A DNA stretch of 64,000 nt from a virus. Of the stretch, positions 7,940 through 14,152 are shown one piece after another. The notes beneath the pieces were generated by a model. It was not told the origin of the DNA. It saw only the letters and a list, made by a program, of their open reading frames with translations, and made no database searches. The stretch's first letter is position 1. Each line of letters begins with the position of its first letter. Where the stretch lies: the IMG/VR virus record IMGVR_UViG_3300017917_001112, positions 1 through 64,000 of that record; one strand, 5' to 3'. A program made the position numbers and the translations under genes.

Positions 7940-8014
7940 GGTTCCAAAGTGTTCACGGACGCACGTTGGCTTGTCACGCCAAAAGAAGGGGATCGTTACC
8001 CCTTGGGACCGCCA
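7940..8014 (+). tRNA. tRNA-Asp(GTC)
   Basis: TTGGC-TTGTCAC-GCCAA; non-canonical T-loop ATCGTTA; GCCA. Confidence 0.9.
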
Positions 8015-8022
8015 AATACTAC

Positions 8023-8051
8023 TTGACAATTTTTAATGTTTAGTGTATAAT
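8023..8051 (+). promoter_or_regulatory. sigma70-type promoter inside the tRNA array
   Basis: TTGACA-17bp-TATAAT. Confidence 0.85.
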
Positions 8052-8075
8052 TGTTGTTTTTATTAGGAGAAAGAA

Positions 8076-8138
8076 ATGAAATTTATGAAGCGAAAGCGTA
8101 AGATGAAATGTCGAAAACGATTTGGGGGTATAACTTAG
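8076..8138 (+). CDS. Lys/Arg-rich micro-ORF (MKFMKRKRKMKCRKRFGGIT) running into tRNA-Lys
   Basis: strong AGGAG SD at 8065-8069 right after the promoter; stop lies inside the tRNA-Lys D-arm. Confidence 0.5.
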   Translation: MKFMKRKRKMKCRKRFGGIT

Positions 8139-8197
8139 TGGCAAAGTAGTAGGCTTTTAACCTATTAACCAGAGTTCGATTCTCTGTACCCCTACCA
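8124..8197 (+). tRNA. tRNA-Lys(TTT)
   Basis: GTAGG-CTTTTAA-CCTAT; ACCA. Confidence 0.93.
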
Positions 8198-8246
8198 ATC
8201 GCAATTATAAAAGCACACTAAATTAGTAGTGTATTTCTATAATTGA

Positions 8247-8322
8247 CGCAGAGTATGGAAGTGGTCATCCGTTCGGTCTCATAAGCCGAGAATCGCAGGT
8301 TCGAATCCTGCCTCTGCAACCA
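8247..8322 (+). tRNA. tRNA-fMet(CAT), initiator type
   Basis: C1:A72 mismatch; loop CTCATAA. Confidence 0.88.
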
Positions 8323-8329
8323 GTTTCGT

Positions 8330-8405
<76 letters not shown>

Positions 8406-8410
8406 GTTTT

Positions 8411-8466
8411 AGGATTCTTTCAGCAATTTAAAAACTTTCACTGTTAATGAAAAGAAAGCGAATCCT
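8411..8466 (+). ncRNA. CAGCAA-stem RNA 1 (Y-RNA-like; cargo is an Asn-type anticodon stem-loop)
   Basis: AGGATTC..TTCAGCAA...GAATCCT-GTT enclosing TTTCA-CTGTTAA-TGAAA. Confidence 0.75.
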
Positions 8467-8477
8467 GTTGTTTTATT

Positions 8478-8551
8478 GCCCTCATAGTTAAATGGTATAA
8501 CAGTTGCCTTGTAAGCATCAATTCGCAGTTCGATTCTGTGTGGGGGCACCA
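8478..8551 (+). tRNA. tRNA-Thr(TGT)
   Basis: loop CTTGTAA; ACCA. Confidence 0.92.
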
Positions 8552-8560
8552 AATTTTTAT

Positions 8561-8639
8561 CCGAGTGTAGGAAAGTCTGGTTTAATCCGTCTGCTTTGGG
8601 AGCAGAAGATCGCAGGTTCGAATCCTGCCACTCGGACCA
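8561..8639 (+). tRNA. tRNA-Pro(TGG)
   Basis: TCTGC-TTTGGGA-GCAGA; ACCA. Confidence 0.95.
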
Positions 8640-8646
8640 TCAATAT

Positions 8647-8720
8647 GGGGAATTAGTTAAATGGGATAACATCGGCTTTGCAAGCCGAGATTGAGAGTTC
8701 GATTCTCTCATTCTCCACCA
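8647..8720 (+). tRNA. tRNA-Ala(TGC)
   Basis: G3.U70; loop TTTGCAA; ACCA. Confidence 0.95.
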
Positions 8721-8726
8721 TGTTTT

Positions 8727-8843
8727 AGGATACTTACAGCAAATAAAAACTGCTCTTGAAAAGCAGAGGTTGTTGGTTCGAGTCCAACATTGTGTCTGAT
8801 GGCACGATTAGATCAATTGGTAGATCGCTAGAAAAAGTATCCT
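8727..8843 (+). ncRNA. CAGCAA-stem RNA 2 (YrlA-like circularly permuted tRNA cargo, TGA anticodon loop)
   Basis: AGGATACTT/AAGTATCCT closing stem; order is anticodon arm, variable, T-arm, loop-closed acceptor stem, D-arm. Confidence 0.85.
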
Positions 8844-8853
8844 GTTGTTTTTT

Positions 8854-8930
8854 GCCCCGATGACGGAATTGGTATACGTGCTTGCCTTAGAAGCAAGATT
8901 CTGAGAGTTCGAGTCTCTCTTGGGGCACCA
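8854..8930 (+). tRNA. tRNA-Leu(TAG), short variable loop
   Basis: CTTGC-CTTAGAA-GCAAG; ACCA. Confidence 0.92.
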
Positions 8931-8935
8931 TCTAT

Positions 8936-9025
8936 GGAGAGTTGGCAGAGTCTGGTTTATTGCACCTGTCTTGAAAACAGACGGATAGAAATGTCCCGTG
9001 AGTTCGAATCTCACACTCTCCGCCA
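8936..9025 (+). tRNA. tRNA-Ser(TGA)
   Basis: loop CTTGAAA; long variable arm; GCCA. Confidence 0.95.
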
Positions 9026-9030
9026 AATTA

Positions 9031-9105
9031 GCATCGTTAACTCAGTGGTAGAGTGCTTCCCTTACAAGGAAGAGGTCGGGAGTTCGACCCTCTCACGATG
9101 CACCA
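9031..9105 (+). tRNA. tRNA-Val(TAC)
   Basis: CTTCC-CTTACAA-GGAAG; ACCA. Confidence 0.95.
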
Positions 9106-9110
9106 AGTTT

Positions 9111-9210
9111 AGAATCGGTTCAGCAAAACATTTAACGTAGCTCATCGGTAGAGCAATTGCCTGCAACGCAATCAGAGTGGGTTCGATTCCCATCGATAAA
9201 AAACGATTCT
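9111..9210 (+). ncRNA. CAGCAA-stem RNA 3 (acceptor-less tRNA body, GCA anticodon)
   Basis: AGAATCG/CGATTCT closing stem; D-arm TAGCTCATCGGTAGAGC, ATTGC-CTGCAAC-GCAAT, T-arm GTGGG-TTCGATT-CCCAT; no acceptor stem or CCA. Confidence 0.8.
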
Positions 9211-9220
9211 GTTGATTAAT

Positions 9221-9296
9221 GCCCCATTGGTGAAATGGATGATCATACTGTGCTACGAACGCAGAGGTGGAGGTTCAATTCCTTCATGGGGTGCCA
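9221..9296 (+). tRNA. tRNA-Arg(ACG)
   Basis: loop CTACGAA; GCCA. Confidence 0.93.
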
Positions 9297-9304
9297 AACC
9301 ATTC

Positions 9305-9379
9305 AGCCGTGTAGCTCAGAGGAAGAGCAATCGCTTGATAAGCGATAGGTCGACATTTCGAAACTGTCCATGGCTACCA
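9305..9379 (+). tRNA. tRNA-Ile(GAT)
   Basis: ATCGC-TTGATAA-GCGAT; atypical T-arm GACAT-TTCGAAA-CTGTC; ACCA. Confidence 0.88.
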
Positions 9380-9384
9380 AATAT

Positions 9385-9458
9385 ATCTCGATAGTGTAAC
9401 GGCAGCATACCAGTCTCCAAAACTGTTGGTGGGGGTTCAAATCCCTCTCGGGATGCCA
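9385..9458 (+). tRNA. tRNA-Trp(CCA)
   Basis: loop CTCCAAA; GCCA. Confidence 0.92.
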
Positions 9459-9463
9459 TATAT

Positions 9464-9538
9464 GGTGATGTAGCACAGTGGTAGTGCAACTGCTTCATAC
9501 GCAGTAGGTCGTTGGCTCGAATCCAACCATCACCACCA
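9464..9538 (+). tRNA. tRNA-Met(CAT), probably elongator
   Basis: ACTGC-TTCATAC-GCAGT; T-loop CTCGAAT; ACCA. Confidence 0.85.
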
Positions 9539-9545
9539 AATCTGT

Positions 9546-9624
9546 TGGGGATTAGCCAAGTCTGGTCTAAGGCAGTGGTCTTTGAAGCCATCATTCACTG
9601 GTTCGAATCCAGTATCCCCTGCCA
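9546..9624 (+). tRNA. tRNA-Gln(TTG)
   Basis: loop CTTTGAA; unpaired 1:72; GCCA. Confidence 0.93.
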
Positions 9625-9631
9625 ATTCTAT

Positions 9632-9707
9632 GGTGTCTTTAGTGTAGAGGTTCGCACCCGACTCTGTGAAAGTCGTAGTATGGGATCGTTCCCCATAAGG
9701 CACCCCA
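9632..9707 (+). tRNA. tRNA-His(GTG)
   Basis: 8-bp acceptor with G-1; CGACT-CTGTGAA-AGTCG; T-loop ATCGTTC. Confidence 0.9.
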
Positions 9708-9716
9708 AACAATTTT

Positions 9717-9792
9717 GCTGCTTTAGCTGATGTGGTCATAGCAGGGGTCTGAAGAGCCTCGGAAAGTAGTTCGATTCTACTAGGCAGCACCA
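9717..9792 (+). tRNA. tRNA-Phe(GAA)
   Basis: loop CTGAAGA; ACCA. Confidence 0.92.
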
Positions 9793-9797
9793 AACAT

Positions 9798-9873
9798 GCG
9801 GAAGTAATTCAGTTGGTAGAATGTCTGCTTGCCAAGCAGAATGTCGCGAGTTCGAGTCTCGTCTTCCGCTCCA
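9798..9873 (+). tRNA. tRNA-Gly(GCC)
   Basis: TCTGC-TTGCCAA-GCAGA; TCCA. Confidence 0.95.
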
Positions 9874-9893
9874 GTCTTAGATCTTGTAGGGTA

Positions 9894-9922
9894 TTGACAT
9901 TTATTCGTTTTCGAGGTATAAT
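9894..9922 (+). promoter_or_regulatory. sigma70-type promoter
   Basis: TTGACA-17bp-TATAAT. Confidence 0.85.
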
Positions 9923-9942
9923 ATACTTTTAAGGAGAAATAA

Positions 9943-10104
9943 ATGAACGTCTATATTCTTTTTTCTAATAAAAATGTTATCGGTCTCGCTAAAGATGAAG
10001 CCGAAGCGAATCTTATGCTGTCTGAATATGAAATGGCTTTAGGTGCTGAAGACGCTGGTGATTTGTCTTTTATGGTTTGTGAAGTTAGCGAATATTGTGA
10101 TTAA
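9943..10104 (+). CDS. small acidic hypothetical protein (53 aa, MNVYILFSNK...)
   Basis: read manually; AAGGAG SD directly after the promoter. Confidence 0.7.
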   Translation: MNVYILFSNKNVIGLAKDEAEANLMLSEYEMALGAEDAGDLSFMVCEVSEYCD

Positions 10105-10123
10105 ATTTTAAGGAGATTGATTT

Positions 10124-10708
10124 ATGCCTAGTGTGTTTTTAGTGAGCGACACGCACTTCGGACACGCAGGTGTTTGTAAATTTTTGCGTGAGGATGGAAG
10201 TAAACTTCGACCATGGGACAATTCAGAAGAAATGGACGAAGACATGGTTAAGAGATGGAACGAAACAGTAAAACCAACTGACAAAGTTTACCATCTAGGT
10301 GATGTTGTTATTAATCGCAAAGCATTAAACATTATGCGTAGATTAAATGGTGATAAAGTTTTGATTCGTGGCAACCATGACATCTTTAAAGATGAAGATT
10401 ATCGTCAACACTTTAGAGAACTTCGTGCATATCATGTGATGAACGGAATGATTCTTTCACACATACCTATTCACGCAGATAGTCTTGGTCGTTTCGGTGT
10501 CAACATTCACGGACATCTACATTCTGGTAGAGTTATGAGACAACCTGAAGGTAGATACGGAATTCCAATAATTGATGCAAGATATCATTGCGTTTGTGTT
10601 GAACAAACAGACTTTCGTCCGATTTTATTTGAAGATGTTATTCAAAGAATTAAAGACGAGGGTGGGGTTATTGGTTTTAGAAATGGTAATGGTCCCTGTA
10701 TAGATTAG
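10124..10708 (+). CDS. calcineurin-like metallophosphoesterase
   Basis: SDTHFGH, HLGDV, RGNHD, LSHIP, IHGHLH motifs. Confidence 0.92.
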   Translation: MPSVFLVSDTHFGHAGVCKFLREDGSKLRPWDNSEEMDEDMVKRWNETVKPTDKVYHLGDVVINRKALNIMRRLNGDKVLIRGNHDIFKDEDYRQHFRELRAYHVMNGMILSHIPIHADSLGRFGVNIHGHLHSGRVMRQPEGRYGIPIIDARYHCVCVEQTDFRPILFEDVIQRIKDEGGVIGFRNGNGPCID

Positions 10709-10797
10709 GAGATTGGGCAGGATGGTAATGCAGCAGTTTGCTAAACTGTAGATCGTAGGAATGCGGTCAGTGGGTTCGACTCCCACAGTCTCCGCCA
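10708..10797 (+). tRNA. tRNA-Ser(GCT)
   Basis: loop TTGCTAA; long variable arm; GCCA. Confidence 0.95.
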
Positions 10798-10802
10798 TTT
10801 TT

Positions 10803-10879
10803 GTCGCCATAGTTCAGTTGGATAGAACAACTGCCTTCTAAGCAGTAGGTCGCAGGTTCGAGTCCTGCTGGCGACGCCA
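10803..10879 (+). tRNA. tRNA-Arg(TCT)
   Basis: ACTGC-CTTCTAA-GCAGT; GCCA. Confidence 0.95.
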
Positions 10880-10890
10880 TATATATTTTT

Positions 10891-10968
10891 GCCCCTGTGG
10901 ACAAATTGGTAAAGTCGTCTCTCTCAAAAGGAGAAGTTCTCTCAGTTCGAATCTGAGCAGGGGTACCA
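10891..10968 (+). tRNA. tRNA-Leu(CAA), short variable loop
   Basis: loop CTCAAAA; ACCA. Confidence 0.9.
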
Positions 10969-10973
10969 AATTT

Positions 10974-11048
10974 GGGCTGGTAGCTTAATGGTAAAGCAGC
11001 CGACTCATAATCGGTTGAGTGAGAGTTCAATTCTCTCCCAGCCCACCA
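10974..11048 (+). tRNA. tRNA(CAT), probably Ile2 (lysidine) type
   Basis: GCCGA-CTCATAA-TCGGT; GGGCTG acceptor; ACCA. Confidence 0.8.
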
Positions 11049-11062
11049 TTAATGGAGATAGT

Positions 11063-11596
11063 ATGAATCTAAACAATTTTGTAAAAGTTTATAATGTTGT
11101 GCCGAAAGATATATGTGAGTCGGTGATATTGTTATACGAGAATGATGAAGAGTGGAAAACACACAACTGGTATAACAATATTTCTGATGAAAAGAAAGCA
11201 CATCACACAAAGGAACTTGATGTCCTTTACAATAAAAATTTAGATGTTCTAAAACAATTTTTACAAAGTGCTTTACATAAATACTATGATGAGTTAAAAT
11301 TAAGTAACTTGGTAAGCAATCACAGTAATATAAGATTGAACAAGTATAAGACAGGAACTGTAATGTCAGAGCATTTTGATTTGATACGCAGAAATCCAAC
11401 AGATGGAATTCCTGTTCTTACATTTCTTGGCATACTAAATGACAATTTTAAAGGTGGACAATTTGTTTTAAACGGAGAGGTATTGAAATTAAAGCAAGGG
11501 GACATTATTATGTTTCCTTCTACGTTTCTATATCCGCATAGTGTAACAGAGGTAACAGAAGGAACAAGATATACATTTGTTGCTTGGGCATATTAA
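11063..11596 (+). CDS. 2OG-Fe(II) oxygenase
   Basis: HFD...LNDNFKGG...FPSTFLYPHSVTEVTEGTRY; start reassigned to MNLNNF (GGAG SD) because 10988 lies inside a tRNA. Confidence 0.88.
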   Translation: MNLNNFVKVYNVVPKDICESVILLYENDEEWKTHNWYNNISDEKKAHHTKELDVLYNKNLDVLKQFLQSALHKYYDELKLSNLVSNHSNIRLNKYKTGTVMSEHFDLIRRNPTDGIPVLTFLGILNDNFKGGQFVLNGEVLKLKQGDIIMFPSTFLYPHSVTEVTEGTRYTFVAWAY

Positions 11597-11597
11597 T

Positions 11598-11675
11598 GTT
11601 GGGGTGCCAGAGTGGTCTAATGGCGCAGTCTGCAAAACTGTCGATTCGTGGGTTCGAATCCCACCCTCAACTCCA
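11598..11675 (+). tRNA. tRNA-Cys(GCA)
   Basis: loop CTGCAAA; U73; TCCA. Confidence 0.93.
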
Positions 11676-11681
11676 AACAAT

Positions 11682-11758
11682 GCGGATGTGACGGAATAGG
11701 TATACGTATCGGACTTAAAATCCGAGTTTTGAGGGTTCGAGTCCCTCCATCCGTACCA
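11682..11758 (+). tRNA. tRNA-Leu(TAA), short variable loop
   Basis: TCGGA-CTTAAAA-TCCGA; ACCA. Confidence 0.92.
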
Positions 11759-11777
11759 GTTTAAATCGGAGGTTGAT

Positions 11778-12266
11778 ATGAGATATAGAGAAAAAATCAA
11801 TATTCAAGAAGTCAGAGATTTCGTTGAACAATGTGATCCAACAACAAAGATTTACATTGGTTGTGACTCTGAGAGATATAAAGTTGGCAAACAATGGTAT
11901 GCTGACTATATTCTTGCTGTTGTTGTTCATATCAATGGTAACAATGGATGTAAAATTTTTGGTGCGGTTCAGAAAGAAATGGACTTTGATCAAAAATACA
12001 ATCGTCCACGTATGCGTTTAATGAATGAAGTGTACAAGGTTGCGGAACTTTACTTAGAGCTTGCTCAAGAAATTCCGAATGATATCGAAGTTCACTTAGA
12101 CATTAATCCGAATGAAAACTATGGTTCTTCATGTGTAATAAACGAAGCAGTTGGTTACATTCGTGGAATGTGTAATGTTGTACCTTTGGTAAAACCGAAC
12201 GCATTCGCAGCATCTTATGCTGCAGATCGAATGAAACATGTTGTTGATTTTAGAAAAAGTGCTTGA
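11778..12266 (+). CDS. RNase H-like YkuK (DUF458) family protein
   Basis: IYIGCDS...RLMNEV...IEVHLDIN...KPNAFAASYAAD. Confidence 0.8.
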   Translation: MRYREKINIQEVRDFVEQCDPTTKIYIGCDSERYKVGKQWYADYILAVVVHINGNNGCKIFGAVQKEMDFDQKYNRPRMRLMNEVYKVAELYLELAQEIPNDIEVHLDINPNENYGSSCVINEAVGYIRGMCNVVPLVKPNAFAASYAADRMKHVVDFRKSA

Positions 12267-12291
12267 CATTTAAACATGTATCAAGTATAAT
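12263..12291 (+). promoter_or_regulatory. sigma70-type promoter for RNAs 4-5 and the Ro60-like gene
   Basis: TTGACA-17bp-TATAAT. Confidence 0.85.
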
Positions 12292-12311
12292 ATGATTTGT
12301 AAATTGAGAAA

Positions 12312-12529
12312 AGGATGGGTGCAGCAAGTATAAATTACTTAATGCCGAATGCCAGACAGAGGAGGACCACCGAAAGGTGTATTTTAAAACTGGCTAGACA
12401 GAAAAGTTGAAGTAAATCTGACGCTGGAAAGACAGCAAGATGATAGTATCCTATCAGTTTTCAGTGGGGCTGTCCGAAAGGAGACACTGGGGTTAGAATA
12501 AACCAAGTTAACATCAACCCAACCATCCT
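12312..12529 (+). ncRNA. CAGCAA-stem RNA 4 (218 nt, multi-hairpin cargo)
   Basis: AGGATGG..TGCAGCAA...CCATCCT-GTT; inner hairpins include CACC-GAAA-GGTG, GCTG-GAAAGA-CAGC, TGATAG/CTATCA, CAGTG/CACTG. Confidence 0.75.
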
Positions 12530-12553
12530 GTTATTTTTTGTTATAGGAGTTTT

Positions 12554-12668
12554 AGAATAGGTTCAGCAACCAAAATTACTAACAGCGAAAGCTGTATCAA
12601 GGGGTCGGGTTCGCCTGACGACCTGAGTTTCGAGTTCTCAGGTAAAACAAAAAGTAGAAAACTATTCT
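12554..12668 (+). ncRNA. CAGCAA-stem RNA 5 (three-hairpin cargo)
   Basis: AGAATAG..TTCAGCAA...CTATTCT-GTT; ACAGC-GAAA-GCTGT, GTCGGG-TTCG-CCTGAC, ACCTGAG/CTCAGGT. Confidence 0.75.
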
Positions 12669-12684
12669 GTTAAATGAGGTAATT

Positions 12685-14103
12685 ATGAACACTTTTGTTT
12701 CTGCCGTACAAAATCAATCTGCACGCACAACTAACGGCATGCGTGCCCGTAAATCTACTGCGTCTGCTTGCGTAGACTTGTTCTTCAAGATCGGCGCATC
12801 TCGTGGTAAAGATATCACGAAAGACTTCGTTGCTGCTTATGTTGAGAATCGCGAAGTAGCATTGCGTATTGCGCAGTGGGTTCGTGACGCACGTGGTGGC
12901 GCAGGTGAACGTGACTTGTTCCGTCAAATCCTGAAGTATCTTGACAAGCATCAACCTGAAGATGCTGCTCTTCTGTTGAACAAAGTTCCAGAGATCGGTC
13001 GTTGGGATGACATCTTTGTCGTAGAGAAAAACAAGCCAAAAGCATTTACTATGCTGGGTGATGCTCTGCGTGAACGTAATGGTCTTGCTGCTAAGTGGAC
13101 TCCACGTCAAGGTAAGTTGGCTGTTGAAATCCGTAACTTCTTTGGTATGTCTCCAAAGTTTTACCGTAAGTCTTTGGTCGAACTGACTAAAGTTGTTGAA
13201 ACTCAGATGTGCGCAAAAGACTGGGATAACATCAACTTCAGCCATGTGCCTTCTGTTGCGTCTGCACGCTACAAGAAAGCATTTTACCGTAACACTCAAG
13301 AGTACGCAAAGTACGTTGCGGAATTGGTGAAAGATCCAAAAGACCGCACTATGGATGTGAAGGTAAACGCTGGTGCAGTATATCCATACGATGTACTGAA
13401 GGGTGTTGTTGGTCACTATGTGACTAACTTCAACAAGACAGAACTTGACCTTGTTGAAAAACAATGGGAAGCACTCGAAAACTTTGTTGGTGACGCAAAC
13501 GTGTTGCCACTGGTTGACGTGTCTGGTTCTATGTCTGTGCCTGTTGGTAAGAACGCAAACCTTTCTTGCCTTACTGTTGCTGTATCTCTGGGTCTATACC
13601 TAGCAGATAAAAACACAGGTAAGTTCAAGGACACGTTCTTGACTTTCTCTGGCTCACCAGAGTTGCTGCATCTGAAAGGTACAATCCTGCAGAAAGTGCA
13701 ACAAATGGTTAAGTCTAACTGGGATATGAACACTAACTTGGTGAAGGCGATGGATAAAATCCTGAAGACTGCCAAGGACGGTAACGTGCCTCAGGAAGAA
13801 ATGCCAGAAATGCTTCTGATTCTGTCAGACATGCAGTTCGATCAATGCGCAAAGTTTGACGACTCTGCGATGAAAATGATTGAACGTAAGTTCAACGAAG
13901 CTGGTTACGATCTGCCAAAGATCGTGTTCTGGAATCTGAATGCGCATGACAATGTGCCTGTGAAGTATGACACACGTGGGGTTGCTTTGGTTTCTGGATT
14001 CAGCCCAGCAATCATGAAAGCAGTTCTTGCTGGTGATACTGAACAGTTTACACCAGAAGCAATTATGCTGAAGGCAGTTATGGTGGATCGTTACGCCATC
14101 TAA
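12685..14103 (+). CDS. Ro60/TROVE-like RNA-binding protein with C-terminal vWA domain (DUF2828-type)
   Basis: RDARGGAGER, GRWDD, AAKWTPR, VPSVA, YPYD; MIDAS DVSGSM; LSDMQFD; IVFWNL; VSGFSP. Confidence 0.85.
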   Translation: MNTFVSAVQNQSARTTNGMRARKSTASACVDLFFKIGASRGKDITKDFVAAYVENREVALRIAQWVRDARGGAGERDLFRQILKYLDKHQPEDAALLLNKVPEIGRWDDIFVVEKNKPKAFTMLGDALRERNGLAAKWTPRQGKLAVEIRNFFGMSPKFYRKSLVELTKVVETQMCAKDWDNINFSHVPSVASARYKKAFYRNTQEYAKYVAELVKDPKDRTMDVKVNAGAVYPYDVLKGVVGHYVTNFNKTELDLVEKQWEALENFVGDANVLPLVDVSGSMSVPVGKNANLSCLTVAVSLGLYLADKNTGKFKDTFLTFSGSPELLHLKGTILQKVQQMVKSNWDMNTNLVKAMDKILKTAKDGNVPQEEMPEMLLILSDMQFDQCAKFDDSAMKMIERKFNEAGYDLPKIVFWNLNAHDNVPVKYDTRGVALVSGFSPAIMKAVLAGDTEQFTPEAIMLKAVMVDRYAI

Positions 14104-14116
14104 ATAAAGTAACAGG

Positions 14117-14140
14117 TGGGGCACTTGTGCCCCATTTTTC
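14117..14140 (+). terminator. intrinsic terminator
   Basis: TGGGGCAC-tt-GTGCCCCA followed by TTTTT. Confidence 0.8.
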
Positions 14141-14152
14141 ATTGGAGGTAGG

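Noticed and set aside
8750-8766. TGA loop read as a selenocysteine or suppressor tRNA
   Set aside because: TGA here is the anticodon (Ser-type), not TCA; no suppressor anticodon is present and ORFs are intact under the standard bacterial code
12351-12403. RNase P RNA-like words (CCAGACAG, GAGGAGG, CTAGACAGAA)
   Set aside because: The conserved P4 strands (GAGGAAAGTCC / AACCCGGCTTA) are missing, so it is not called RNase P
8411-12668. Handle repeats as a CRISPR array or MITE family
   Set aside because: Copies are dispersed with co-varying rather than identical ends and interiors of very different length; no cas gene, transposase or target-site duplication is seen
12670-13775. Long antisense ORFs (264, 76, 119 aa) opposite the Ro60-like gene
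   Set aside because: Expected by-product of biased codon usage on the sense strand; no recognisable motifs
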